Shown here: positions 40,792 through 49,423 of the stretch, one piece after another
Numbering within the stretch: position 1 is the stretch's first letter
How the letters are laid out: the number at the start of each line of letters is the position of its first letter
Assembly (NCBI GenBank): GCA_045863335.1
Contig: BTVY01000022.1
Span: forward strand, 32,001-96,000
From: Candidatus Hydrogenedentota bacterium
GTDB taxonomy: Bacteria; Hydrogenedentota; Hydrogenedentia; Hydrogenedentales; SLHB01
Reading direction: 5' to 3'
Length of the DNA: 64,000 bases
Translations under genes and position numbers: made by a program
Notes under the pieces: generated by a model
Seen by the model: the letters and a program-made list of their open reading frames with translations, nothing else
The model's database searches: none
What the model was told of the DNA's origin: nothing

Positions 40792-40820
40792 ACTATAGTG
40801 GACCGCGCAGGTGGGTGCAA
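40792..40820 (-). promoter_or_regulatory. Sigma70-type promoter of the 62-aa gene
   Basis: TTGCAC-N17-TATAGT on the minus strand. Confidence 0.65.
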
Positions 40821-40898
40821 GCTTGGATTTCGGCCGTTTGCAGGACGCATTCATACCGTGCCAGTATTTCGCAATACGCGTCACTGGGAGATTGAAAC

Positions 40899-41585
40899 GT
40901 GCAACGAATTCTCGTCGTCGAAGACGAGCCGGCCATCGCCGACAACATCCGGTACGCCCTGGAAACCGAAGGTTTCGCGGTCGACTGGTGCGCAACCGGT
41001 GAGGAGGCGCTGCAACGCTATCACGAACGCGGAGCGCATCTGGTCGTGCTTGACGTGGGGCTGCCAGACTGCAACGGTTTCGATTTGTGCAAGGACATCC
41101 GCAAGACGTCCGCCGTTCCCATCATCTTCCTCACGGCCCGCACCGACGAAATCGACCGGGTGGTCGGCCTGGAAATCGGCGGCGATGACTACATGGCGAA
41201 ACCCTTCAGTCCGCGGGAACTCGCCGCACGTGTGCGGGCAGTGCTCCGACGGGTCCCCGGCGGTGATTCGCAAGCGGAGCCAGGCAAAGCGCAATCGCCC
41301 CTCGTCATCGACAAACACAAGGCCAAGGTCTGGTACTTCGGCAAGCCCCTCGATCTCTCACGATACGAGTTCCGCATTCTGGAAGCGCTGGCCCAACGGC
41401 CCGGCTGGGTGTACTCGCGCGAAAAACTGATGGAACTCGTCTGGGAGGAGCCGGAATCGGCCATGGACCGCACCGTCGATACCCACGTCAAAACCATCCG
41501 CGCCAAACTGCGCGCCGTGCAGCCGGACGTTGATCCCATCCAAACGCACCGCGGGTTGGGCTACTCGCTGAAGGAGTCCTGGTGA
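40899..41585 (+). CDS. creB: OmpR-family response regulator CreB
   Basis: ILVVEDEPAIADNI, LDVGLPD, KPFSPRE, LSRYEF, DRTVDTHVKTIRAKL, THRGLGYSL. Confidence 0.9.
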   Translation: MQRILVVEDEPAIADNIRYALETEGFAVDWCATGEEALQRYHERGAHLVVLDVGLPDCNGFDLCKDIRKTSAVPIIFLTARTDEIDRVVGLEIGGDDYMAKPFSPRELAARVRAVLRRVPGGDSQAEPGKAQSPLVIDKHKAKVWYFGKPLDLSRYEFRILEALAQRPGWVYSREKLMELVWEEPESAMDRTVDTHVKTIRAKLRAVQPDVDPIQTHRGLGYSLKESW

Positions 41586-43030
41586 AGATACGCTACCGCT
41601 TGTTCGCCGCGCTCTTGGTCATCGTCGGCGTGGGGTTTTACCAGTTGGTCGACTGGATTCTCGAGGACCTGCGCCCGCGCTACCTGGAAGCCATGGAAGA
41701 AACCATGGTCGACATCTCGACCTTGCTTGCGTCTCTCGCGGAGATCCAGATGCGCGACGACGCCGTCGATACCACGAACCTCCGCGCCGCCTTCGATGTA
41801 GCGCAGAAGCGAGTCTTTTCCGCAAAGATCTACGAAGTCACCAAAACCCACCTGAACATTCGCGTGTACATCACCGACCGGAACGGCATCGTCGTCTTCG
41901 ATTCTGACGAAGGCCGCGACGAAGGGAAGGATTACTCGCAATGGATCGACGTCGCGCGAACGATGCGCGGCGAATACGGCGCCCGGTCCACACGCCTCGA
42001 CCCGGACGATCCCACCACGTCGATCCTGCATGTGGCGTCTCCGATTCGAGCCGACGGAGAAATCGTCGGCGTACTCACCGTGGCCAAGCCCGCCGACAGC
42101 GTGACGCTGTTCATGGAAGCGGCCCATCGAAAGATCGCCAACGCAGGGTTCGTGGCCGCGCTGTCCGTATTCTTGCTCATCATGGTGTTCTCCGCGTGGA
42201 TCACGTCGCCTATCGACAAACTGACACGCTACGCGAAGGCCGTCCGCGACGGGAAACGTGTCGCGCCGCCGAAACTGGGCCGTAGCGAGATCGGCGATCT
42301 CGGCACGGCCTTCGAAGAGATGCGGGTCGCCCTCGAAGGGAAAAGATACGTAGAGGAGTACGTTCAGACCCTCACGCACGAAATGAAGAGTCCGCTGTCC
42401 GCCATCCGCGGTGCGGCGGAGTTGCTCGATGAGGACATGCCCCTCGAAAAGCGCCGCCCCTTCATCGAGAACATCCGCTCCGAATCGAATCGGATTCAGG
42501 GCCTCGTGGACCGTATGCTTCAACTCTCTGCACTGGAAGGGCGGAACGAACTGCGGGACGTGGACGAAATGGACCTTGTGGAGATCGTCCACGAAGTCGT
42601 CAAGAGCCTGCAGCCCGTCGCATCTCAGAAAGAACTGATCATCAATGTCGAAGCCGACGACGCCATCCGGATTCGCGGCGAGATTTTTCTCGTGCGGCAG
42701 GCTATCGTCAATCTGATTCAGAACGCCATCGACTTTTCGCAACAGGCCGGGGTAATCGACATCCGTCTTTCAGGCCACTGCGACAACGTAAACGTCGCGG
42801 TGCGCGACCGCGGACCGGGCATTCCCGCCTACGCCCTGGACAAAGTCTTCGACCGTTTCTACTCCCTTCGCCGGCCAGACACCGGCAAGAAGAGCTCCGG
42901 ACTGGGACTCGTCTTCGTGCGCGAAGTCGCCACGCTTCACGGAGGCGATGTCACCCTGCAAAACCATCCCGAAGGCGGCGCCGAAGCGTGTCTGCAATTG
43001 CCTCTGGAGCCAGCGCGAAGAACATATTGA
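41582..43030 (+). CDS. creC: Sensor histidine kinase CreC
   Basis: DYSQWIDV..TMRGEYGARSTR, LEGKRYVEEYVQTLTHEMKSPL, FDRFYSL, KSSGLGL. Confidence 0.9.
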   Translation: MKIRYRLFAALLVIVGVGFYQLVDWILEDLRPRYLEAMEETMVDISTLLASLAEIQMRDDAVDTTNLRAAFDVAQKRVFSAKIYEVTKTHLNIRVYITDRNGIVVFDSDEGRDEGKDYSQWIDVARTMRGEYGARSTRLDPDDPTTSILHVASPIRADGEIVGVLTVAKPADSVTLFMEAAHRKIANAGFVAALSVFLLIMVFSAWITSPIDKLTRYAKAVRDGKRVAPPKLGRSEIGDLGTAFEEMRVALEGKRYVEEYVQTLTHEMKSPLSAIRGAAELLDEDMPLEKRRPFIENIRSESNRIQGLVDRMLQLSALEGRNELRDVDEMDLVEIVHEVVKSLQPVASQKELIINVEADDAIRIRGEIFLVRQAIVNLIQNAIDFSQQAGVIDIRLSGHCDNVNVAVRDRGPGIPAYALDKVFDRFYSLRRPDTGKKSSGLGLVFVREVATLHGGDVTLQNHPEGGAEACLQLPLEPARRTY

Positions 43031-43056
43031 TCGGCTTCTCACCCGCTATCCCCATA

Positions 43057-43148
43057 ATCGGTATCGGGATCGGGATCGGTATCGATATGAGACAGCCAAG
43101 GTATTTCCCTTTTCGATTTTGATCCCGATCCCGATAGCGATCCCGATC
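43057..43148. repeat. Repeat family E copy
   Basis: ATCGGTATCGGGATCGGGATCGGTATCG facing GATCCCGATCCCGATAGCGATCCCGAT. Confidence 0.8.
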
Positions 43149-43205
43149 TTGGGACAGTTCTTCCTTCTCGCCCTCATGGATAGCGCGACAATTTTCCTCG
43201 CCGAT

Positions 43206-43232
43206 TTCACATTCCCTTCAACCGCTCTTCAC
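43206..43232 (+). promoter_or_regulatory. cre-tag-like CreB binding site (three units)
   Basis: TTCAC-N6-TTCAA-N6-TTCAC at 11-bp period, matching the E. coli cre-tag TTCACn6TTCAC. Confidence 0.7.
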
Positions 43233-43315
43233 ACACCGAGCCCATAGTACCCACAGATGCAACGAACGATCCGGAAGATTCACGCGAATGGTTCGCGGGA
43301 GAGGAGGGCGCCGGT

Positions 43316-44935
43316 ATGAAGCTCATGGTGTTCGTGGCCGCAACTCTGCTTGCGGCGGTTCCGGGACAGGCACAGGACAACGTGCTCGCCCCCTGGGAGG
43401 AACTTAAGACGCTGTATCGCGAAAAGATGGAGCGCGAGTTCGAGGAATCCCTCGAAAAGGAGCCACAGGTGTACAGCATCGACGAAGCGCGGTACCTCGT
43501 CCGCCTGCTGCCAGACAGCGCCGAGATCGACGTGCTCGTGTCCGGACGCTCCGTGTCCGGCGATCCCGCGCCGATACCGCTTTTCGGAGAAGGCGCGGTG
43601 GTTACCAATGTCAGTCAAGTCACCGGCGGCACCATCATGACACCAACCGATCTCGAAGCCACGGCGATTCTGCCCGAAGGTGAGGGGGTCGCGTTTCAAC
43701 TCCTGGCCCGGCTGTTAGCCCAGGCGACGGAAGACAAAGGCGAGAAGCGCATCAACGTGCCCATTCCACGTGCTCTTCAGAATGCCCTTGAAATTGACGC
43801 GCCCGCCGGGCTGCAACTGCTCGAAGCCCAAGGCATCGCCGACGCCGGCGGCGTATTCCGATTCTCTGCCAACTCCACGCTCCGCCTCCGCTACGTGGAC
43901 ACCGCGCGTCTCGAAGCGGCCACGGTCATTCAGATTGATACCCTCTCCCGCATTTCGGCCCAGCGCGGCCGGACCTTCCTGACCACCCATTTCTACCCCG
44001 ACCGCGCGGTGCCGAAGTCGCTGAACCTTCAGGCGCCGGAGGGTGCAAAGTTTCTTGCGTCGTCGCTTCGCACGTCTTCGATCCGCGAACTCGGCGGCGG
44101 CCGGTATGAATTGATGTTCCCCGAGGAACAGTCCGAGGTCTTCTCCATCGAATGGGCTATCGACGTACCCGACGACGGCAAACCGGTCACGCTGCGGCTG
44201 CCAACCATTGACGGAAACGGCGGGCAACAAGGCCGCTTCGTCCTGGATGAACCTGAGGACGGGCAGGTCACCGCCTCGGCGGAAGGGCTCGTCACGCGAA
44301 TCCCCATCGAACGCGTGCGGCAAGAGCTGCGTGCAGCCGCGATGGGCGCCCAGTTCTATGCAACCGTGCCCGCGGAAAACGCTATCACCCTCACGTCCTC
44401 CCGCTTCCAGCCCGTGAGCACGCCGACGACCGTACTCGATTCGCAGTATTTCTTCGTCTCGTTTGAGGAAAACGGCAACGTCCTGTCGGTCTTGGTCCTC
44501 GACGTGCCGCCGGACGTGGGACCGCGCCTGGAATTGAAAGCCGTGCCCGGTGCCGAAATCTGGTCCCTTACCGTAAACGGAGCGAAGAAGAAGGTCTACG
44601 GTGGCGACGAGGGCACTTGGATGATCCCCCTCGACGGCGGGCAACCCTCGCACGTGGAACTGGCTTTCCTGCAAGAGAAAGAGAAACTCAGCCTACACGG
44701 CCGCCTGGAAGCAACCGTACCCGAAACCGGCCTGCCCTCGCAGGAAATCGGCATCGGGATCGCCTTACCTGCGCGTGTGGAACTGCTTTCGATAGAAGGC
44801 CCGGTTAGCCCGGCACAGGGCGAGCAATGGCCGATCCCCGCCGAGTTCGTGGGGGCGCGCCACTTCTTCTCCCGCGCCTTCTACAAGGGCGAAGGCATGG
44901 CCCTAGCCGTGTCTTACAAAGAGCCGGTCGAGTAG
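43316..44935 (+). CDS. Hypothetical secreted protein (first gene behind the cre-tag)
   Basis: 539 aa; signal peptide; GAGGAGGG RBS. Confidence 0.8.
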   Translation: MKLMVFVAATLLAAVPGQAQDNVLAPWEELKTLYREKMEREFEESLEKEPQVYSIDEARYLVRLLPDSAEIDVLVSGRSVSGDPAPIPLFGEGAVVTNVSQVTGGTIMTPTDLEATAILPEGEGVAFQLLARLLAQATEDKGEKRINVPIPRALQNALEIDAPAGLQLLEAQGIADAGGVFRFSANSTLRLRYVDTARLEAATVIQIDTLSRISAQRGRTFLTTHFYPDRAVPKSLNLQAPEGAKFLASSLRTSSIRELGGGRYELMFPEEQSEVFSIEWAIDVPDDGKPVTLRLPTIDGNGGQQGRFVLDEPEDGQVTASAEGLVTRIPIERVRQELRAAAMGAQFYATVPAENAITLTSSRFQPVSTPTTVLDSQYFFVSFEENGNVLSVLVLDVPPDVGPRLELKAVPGAEIWSLTVNGAKKKVYGGDEGTWMIPLDGGQPSHVELAFLQEKEKLSLHGRLEATVPETGLPSQEIGIGIALPARVELLSIEGPVSPAQGEQWPIPAEFVGARHFFSRAFYKGEGMALAVSYKEPVE

Positions 44936-44992
44936 ATGCGCTGAAGACTGAGGCATTTCTGAAGTTGCGGTGCCCTGAAAAGGAGGTTTGGT

Positions 44993-46231
44993 ATGAGTGC
45001 ACGAAAGATACTTGCGATAGGCGCCATCTTTGCCTTGGCCTGCGTCGGATGGTGGACACTCGGTGTCACAACGACGATGCGGTCAGAAGAGTTCGGGGGA
45101 CGGTTGGCCGGTGAAGTGCAAGCGCTGTGGGGCGCTCCGCTCTTGCAGCAGGCGCCCTCGCTCGCCGTGGAGATTCCCGGGAGCGATCAAGTGCGGTGGT
45201 TAATTCCCAAGGAAAACGACATCAAGGTCGCGCTCACTACGGATTACCGCAAGAAGGGACTCATCTGGTATCCGACTTACGTGTGCAATTTTGATGGCAG
45301 CTACACCATCACCAACGACGAGACCGTCGCGCAGAAAGTGCGCATTCACTTTCAGTTTCCCGCGCAGAACGGCACCTACGATTCCTTCGCCATGACGCTG
45401 GATGACAAGCCAATCACATCGCCCATCAACACAACGGAAGGGGTGGGGGAGATGATCGAACTGGCACCGGGCCAAAGTGCGACGTTTCATGTCAAATATC
45501 TGACCCGCGGCATCCGCGAATGGCGATATGTTCCTGATGTGAACTCGGGGCGCGTACAGAACTTCGACCTGTCCGTCGCGACGAACTTCCGCGATGTAGA
45601 CTATCCTGACGGATGCCTCTCGCCCATGTCTGCAGTCCGAAGCGACACGGGCATGGATTTGACCTGGACCGCGACCGATCTGATCACGCGCGAAACCATC
45701 GGCGTGATCATCCCGGAAAAACTAAACCCCGGCCCGTTGACGTCGCGCATCACCTTCTTCGCGCCCGTCTGTCTGCTCTTCTTCTTCGTGCTCGTGGCGA
45801 CCATCAACATCCTCTACAAGGTCAACATCCACCCTATGCACTACCTCTTCGTGGCTGCGGGATTCTTCGCCTTCCATCTGCTGCTGGCGTACCTCGTGGG
45901 CGTGATCAGCATTCACATCGCCTTTGTCATCTGCGCCATCGTGTCGGTGGGACTGGTAACAACTTACTTGTCGGCCGCATTGAAAGGGCAGTTCCCCTGG
46001 AAGATCGCCATCGCGGGGCAGGTCTTCTTCCTGGTCCTCTTCTCGTACAGCTTCTTCCTCGAAGGGATCACCGGGCTGACCGTCGCCATCGGCTCCGTGG
46101 TCACGCTCGCCGTGCTGATGAAAGTCACCGCCGACGTGAACTGGGACGAAGTCTTCGCGAAGAAACCCAAGGTGCCCACGCCGCCGCCACTGACACGCGT
46201 GGACCCAAGACCCAGCGGCGAGCCCTCGTAA
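44993..46231 (+). CDS. CreD-like inner membrane protein
   Basis: N-terminal TM, VQALWG, RKKGLIWY, IHPMHY, multiple C-terminal TMs ending LMKVTADVNW; next to creBC. Confidence 0.7.
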   Translation: MSARKILAIGAIFALACVGWWTLGVTTTMRSEEFGGRLAGEVQALWGAPLLQQAPSLAVEIPGSDQVRWLIPKENDIKVALTTDYRKKGLIWYPTYVCNFDGSYTITNDETVAQKVRIHFQFPAQNGTYDSFAMTLDDKPITSPINTTEGVGEMIELAPGQSATFHVKYLTRGIREWRYVPDVNSGRVQNFDLSVATNFRDVDYPDGCLSPMSAVRSDTGMDLTWTATDLITRETIGVIIPEKLNPGPLTSRITFFAPVCLLFFFVLVATINILYKVNIHPMHYLFVAAGFFAFHLLLAYLVGVISIHIAFVICAIVSVGLVTTYLSAALKGQFPWKIAIAGQVFFLVLFSYSFFLEGITGLTVAIGSVVTLAVLMKVTADVNWDEVFAKKPKVPTPPPLTRVDPRPSGEPS

Positions 46232-46298
46232 CCTATCGGCACCTCTCCCATCCAACGGCCGGGCCGGTGTCGCTCCGAGCTACGACACCGGCCCGAAC

Positions 46299-46410
46299 CG
46301 TCATCCTCGCGAACGCGGGGACTCTTCGTAGACTTACCAGCAACTTCACAAGACAAACCCGAACCTACCACAACGTCCCAAACCGTCATCCCCGCGAACG
46401 CGGGGATCCA
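46299..46410. repeat. Repeat family H (CGTCATCCCCGCGAACGCGGGGATCCA), two copies
   Basis: Copies at 46299-46321 and 46384-46410, preceded by a 12-bp-stem hairpin at 46261-46294. Confidence 0.75.
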
Positions 46411-46493
46411 TCTTCTCATCCGTTTGCGATCGCAGTCCAAATGATGAAAAGATGAACCCATAAGCAGTCCACCACGGGGGAGTACATCGTCTC

Positions 46494-48422
46494 ATGACCC
46501 ATACGCACGCAACCCGGCACGGCCTCACCGGCATCCTTCTCGCACTCGTTCTCTCGTCATCGGCACTCGCCGCGACCGAAGACCTCGGCAATGGATTTCT
46601 CCATCACGGCGTCGCCACACCCGTGAGCAATCACCGTGGCACCGTCGCCACCGTCGATGGCGACGGAAGAAACGTCCTGCTCGTGTGGCTGTTCGACCAT
46701 CGCGGCGGCTACGCCTTGCTCGCCATCGACGCGGCAACCGGCGACAGCGTGGAATATCCGGTTCCTTTCCCGCCCGGCGGAGATTGCCCCTACGCGTCGA
46801 TCCTTTCAAGCAACAACAAGTACTACACGCACTTCAACAGCTACTTCTGCGAATTCGACCCCGTGACGCGCGCCTTCACCTTCTTCGAGAAGACGACGCC
46901 GCAGATGGCCATGGGAATGACCGAAGACGACAACGGTCATATCTGGTCGGTGACCTACCCGAACAGCGGTGTGGTCTCCTTCAACCCCGAGACGCGGGAG
47001 TTCACGGATTACGGTGCCGTGTACGATCAGAACTGGAAACAGTACCAGCGCTACGTGGCCGCTGACGATACCGGGTGGATCTACTTCGGCATCGGCAGCA
47101 CGGCCAGCCAGATCATTGCCTTCGATCCGGAAACGCGAAAAGTAATTCCGGTAATCGCCGAAGACAAGCGGGTCAAAGGCAGCGGTTCGGTATACCGCGA
47201 CATGAACGGCACGGTGTATGGCCATTCCGGGAGCGGAAGCGACGACGACTGGTACGCGTTGCACGGCGGTGAGATTGCGCCCATCACGAAACCAGAAACC
47301 ATTAACGAAAAGCCGATCATTACGGGCAGCCAGTCCCTCTTCCACGCCGAGTTCCCGGACGGCACGCGGGTCAAGGCCTGCGATCTAGTGGACCGTAAAC
47401 TCGTAGTGGAAGACCCGAAGTCGAAGGAAACGAAAACCCTCGATTTCGAATACAGCAGCGAGGGCGCCCATATCATGGGCATCGCCGTCGCGCCCGATGG
47501 GACCATTTGCGGCGGCACGGCCTTCCCCATGCGGTTCTTCAGTTTCGATCCCAAGGCCGACACGTGGGTAAATCGCGCGACCTACGGACAATGCAATACC
47601 GTCGTCCGGCAGGGCGACCGATTCTTCGTGGGAGGCTATGGCGGAGGCTTCCTGCTGGAGTGGGACCCTTCGCAGGAGTGGGTGGAAACGGTCAAGGGAA
47701 ACGCCTCGAGCAATCCGTTGTACTTGACCGAATGTTCGCCGACCATTCATCGCCCCCACGATCTGCTGGCCCATTCCGACGGCAAGACGCTCGTCCTGGC
47801 CGGCACGCCGGGATACGGTTACACCGGCGGCGGGCTGCTCTTTTGGGACCGCGAAACGAAAGAGCAAGTCCTCGTCGAACACACGGATCTGTTGCCGGAC
47901 CAATCCACGCTCAGTCTCGCGGCCATCGATGACAAGACGATCGTCGGTGGGGCAACCACGGCGCCCGGCACCGGCGGCGAACAGATCGCCAAGGAGGCGG
48001 AACTCTATATCCTGAACCTGGACACCAAGAAAATAGAGTGGCACGAACTAATCTTCCCCGGGGCGCAGGGCTACACGGATCTATGCCGTGCGCCGAATGG
48101 CCTGATCTACGGCGTCGTCGATCGCACGCGCTTCTTCGTGTTCGATCCCGCAACACGAACCGTCATCCACGATCAAGCGCTGGAAGAATCGTTCGGCCCA
48201 ACGAACTCGCACCAGGGACCCCGCGTATTCGTTCAAAGCCCCGACCCGAAGGTCTATATGCTCTTCGAGAGAGGTGTCGCCCAAGTCGACACGGAAACCC
48301 ACGCGATAACATTGCTCGCCGAATCCCCCGTGCCCATCGGCCCCGGCGGCGATTACCTCGACGGCCGCATCTATTTCGGCAGCGGTTCGCACTTGTATAG
48401 CTACCAAGTCCCGGGGAAGTAA
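46494..48422 (+). CDS. Secreted beta-propeller repeat protein, function unknown
   Basis: Signal peptide; repeated F-[DN]-P units (EFDPVT, SFNPET, AFDPET, SFDPKA, VFDPAT). Confidence 0.8.
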   Translation: MTHTHATRHGLTGILLALVLSSSALAATEDLGNGFLHHGVATPVSNHRGTVATVDGDGRNVLLVWLFDHRGGYALLAIDAATGDSVEYPVPFPPGGDCPYASILSSNNKYYTHFNSYFCEFDPVTRAFTFFEKTTPQMAMGMTEDDNGHIWSVTYPNSGVVSFNPETREFTDYGAVYDQNWKQYQRYVAADDTGWIYFGIGSTASQIIAFDPETRKVIPVIAEDKRVKGSGSVYRDMNGTVYGHSGSGSDDDWYALHGGEIAPITKPETINEKPIITGSQSLFHAEFPDGTRVKACDLVDRKLVVEDPKSKETKTLDFEYSSEGAHIMGIAVAPDGTICGGTAFPMRFFSFDPKADTWVNRATYGQCNTVVRQGDRFFVGGYGGGFLLEWDPSQEWVETVKGNASSNPLYLTECSPTIHRPHDLLAHSDGKTLVLAGTPGYGYTGGGLLFWDRETKEQVLVEHTDLLPDQSTLSLAAIDDKTIVGGATTAPGTGGEQIAKEAELYILNLDTKKIEWHELIFPGAQGYTDLCRAPNGLIYGVVDRTRFFVFDPATRTVIHDQALEESFGPTNSHQGPRVFVQSPDPKVYMLFERGVAQVDTETHAITLLAESPVPIGPGGDYLDGRIYFGSGSHLYSYQVPGK

Positions 48423-48433
48423 TCGGCAAATCG

Positions 48434-49423
48434 TCAGGGCAGTTCCAGTTCCGGCCAATGCTTGCGCACTTCGTCTACGGTCGGCAGGGAGGGAATCGCG
48501 CCGAGCCGCGTCGCGGTAAGGGCCGCGCAGCAATTCGCGAATTCGAGCGCGCGACGGAACGCCTCCATTTCAATGTCGGTCTCGCGGTTCAGATCCGGGT
48601 ACGCCCGGAGCAACCCGGCGATTGTGCCGGACATGAGCGCGTCGCCGCAGCCGGTCGTGTCTTTCACTTGGACGGCCCGCTCGGCGATGTCGAACGTTTC
48701 GCCGTTCAGCCAGCCCGTCACCCCATCCCCGCCGCGCGTGACCACGATGCAACGCGGTCCCTGCTTGGCCAGCCTCGCGCACCCGTCCGCGATGTCGCCG
48801 GTGCCGCTCAGTCGTTTCATCTCGTCGTGCGAGACTTTCAAGAGCGTGACCTGCGGCAGCGGTTCGCCCATGCGGTGATTCGCCAACTCTTCATCCGGCC
48901 ACAGGGCCGCGCGGTAATTCGGGTCGTAGGTAACGAAGAGGCCGCGCTCCCTGGCGAAGGCAAGCAACGCACGCGTCGTATCCGCTGCGGGTGGAGCGAC
49001 GAGTGACAGCGATCCGAAATGAAAGACGCGCGCGTCTTCCAACACAGACAAGTCAACATCGGAAAACCGCAACGACAAATCCGCGCCGGGATGCCGGTAA
49101 AACGAGAAATCCGGAACGCCCTTCTCGTCCAGCGCCACAAACGCCAACGTAGTCGGCTGCTCGCCGGACTCCGCGAGCGAGCGTACATCCACCTCCTGCT
49201 CTTCGAGCGTCCCACGGAGGAGCCGTCCGAAGGCGTCATTGCCGACCATGCCAATGAACCCGCTGGCCACGCCGAGCCGCCGCACACCCACGGCGACGTT
49301 GGCTGGCGCGCCGCCTGCTTTTGGCGTGAAGTGCTCCGCGTTCTCCAGATGTTTCACGCGCGGCGACGCCATAAAATCGATGAGCAGTTCTCCCATCGTG
49401 ACAACCTGCGGCCCGGCGTTCAT
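48434..49423 (-). CDS. PfkB-family sugar kinase (probable fructokinase)
   Basis: GELLIDF, GGAPANVA, YDPNYR, DTTGCGD; coupled to the SPS gene. Confidence 0.9.
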   Translation of the reverse strand: MNAGPQVVTMGELLIDFMASPRVKHLENAEHFTPKAGGAPANVAVGVRRLGVASGFIGMVGNDAFGRLLRGTLEEQEVDVRSLAESGEQPTTLAFVALDEKGVPDFSFYRHPGADLSLRFSDVDLSVLEDARVFHFGSLSLVAPPAADTTRALLAFARERGLFVTYDPNYRAALWPDEELANHRMGEPLPQVTLLKVSHDEMKRLSGTGDIADGCARLAKQGPRCIVVTRGGDGVTGWLNGETFDIAERAVQVKDTTGCGDALMSGTIAGLLRAYPDLNRETDIEMEAFRRALEFANCCAALTATRLGAIPSLPTVDEVRKHWPELELP

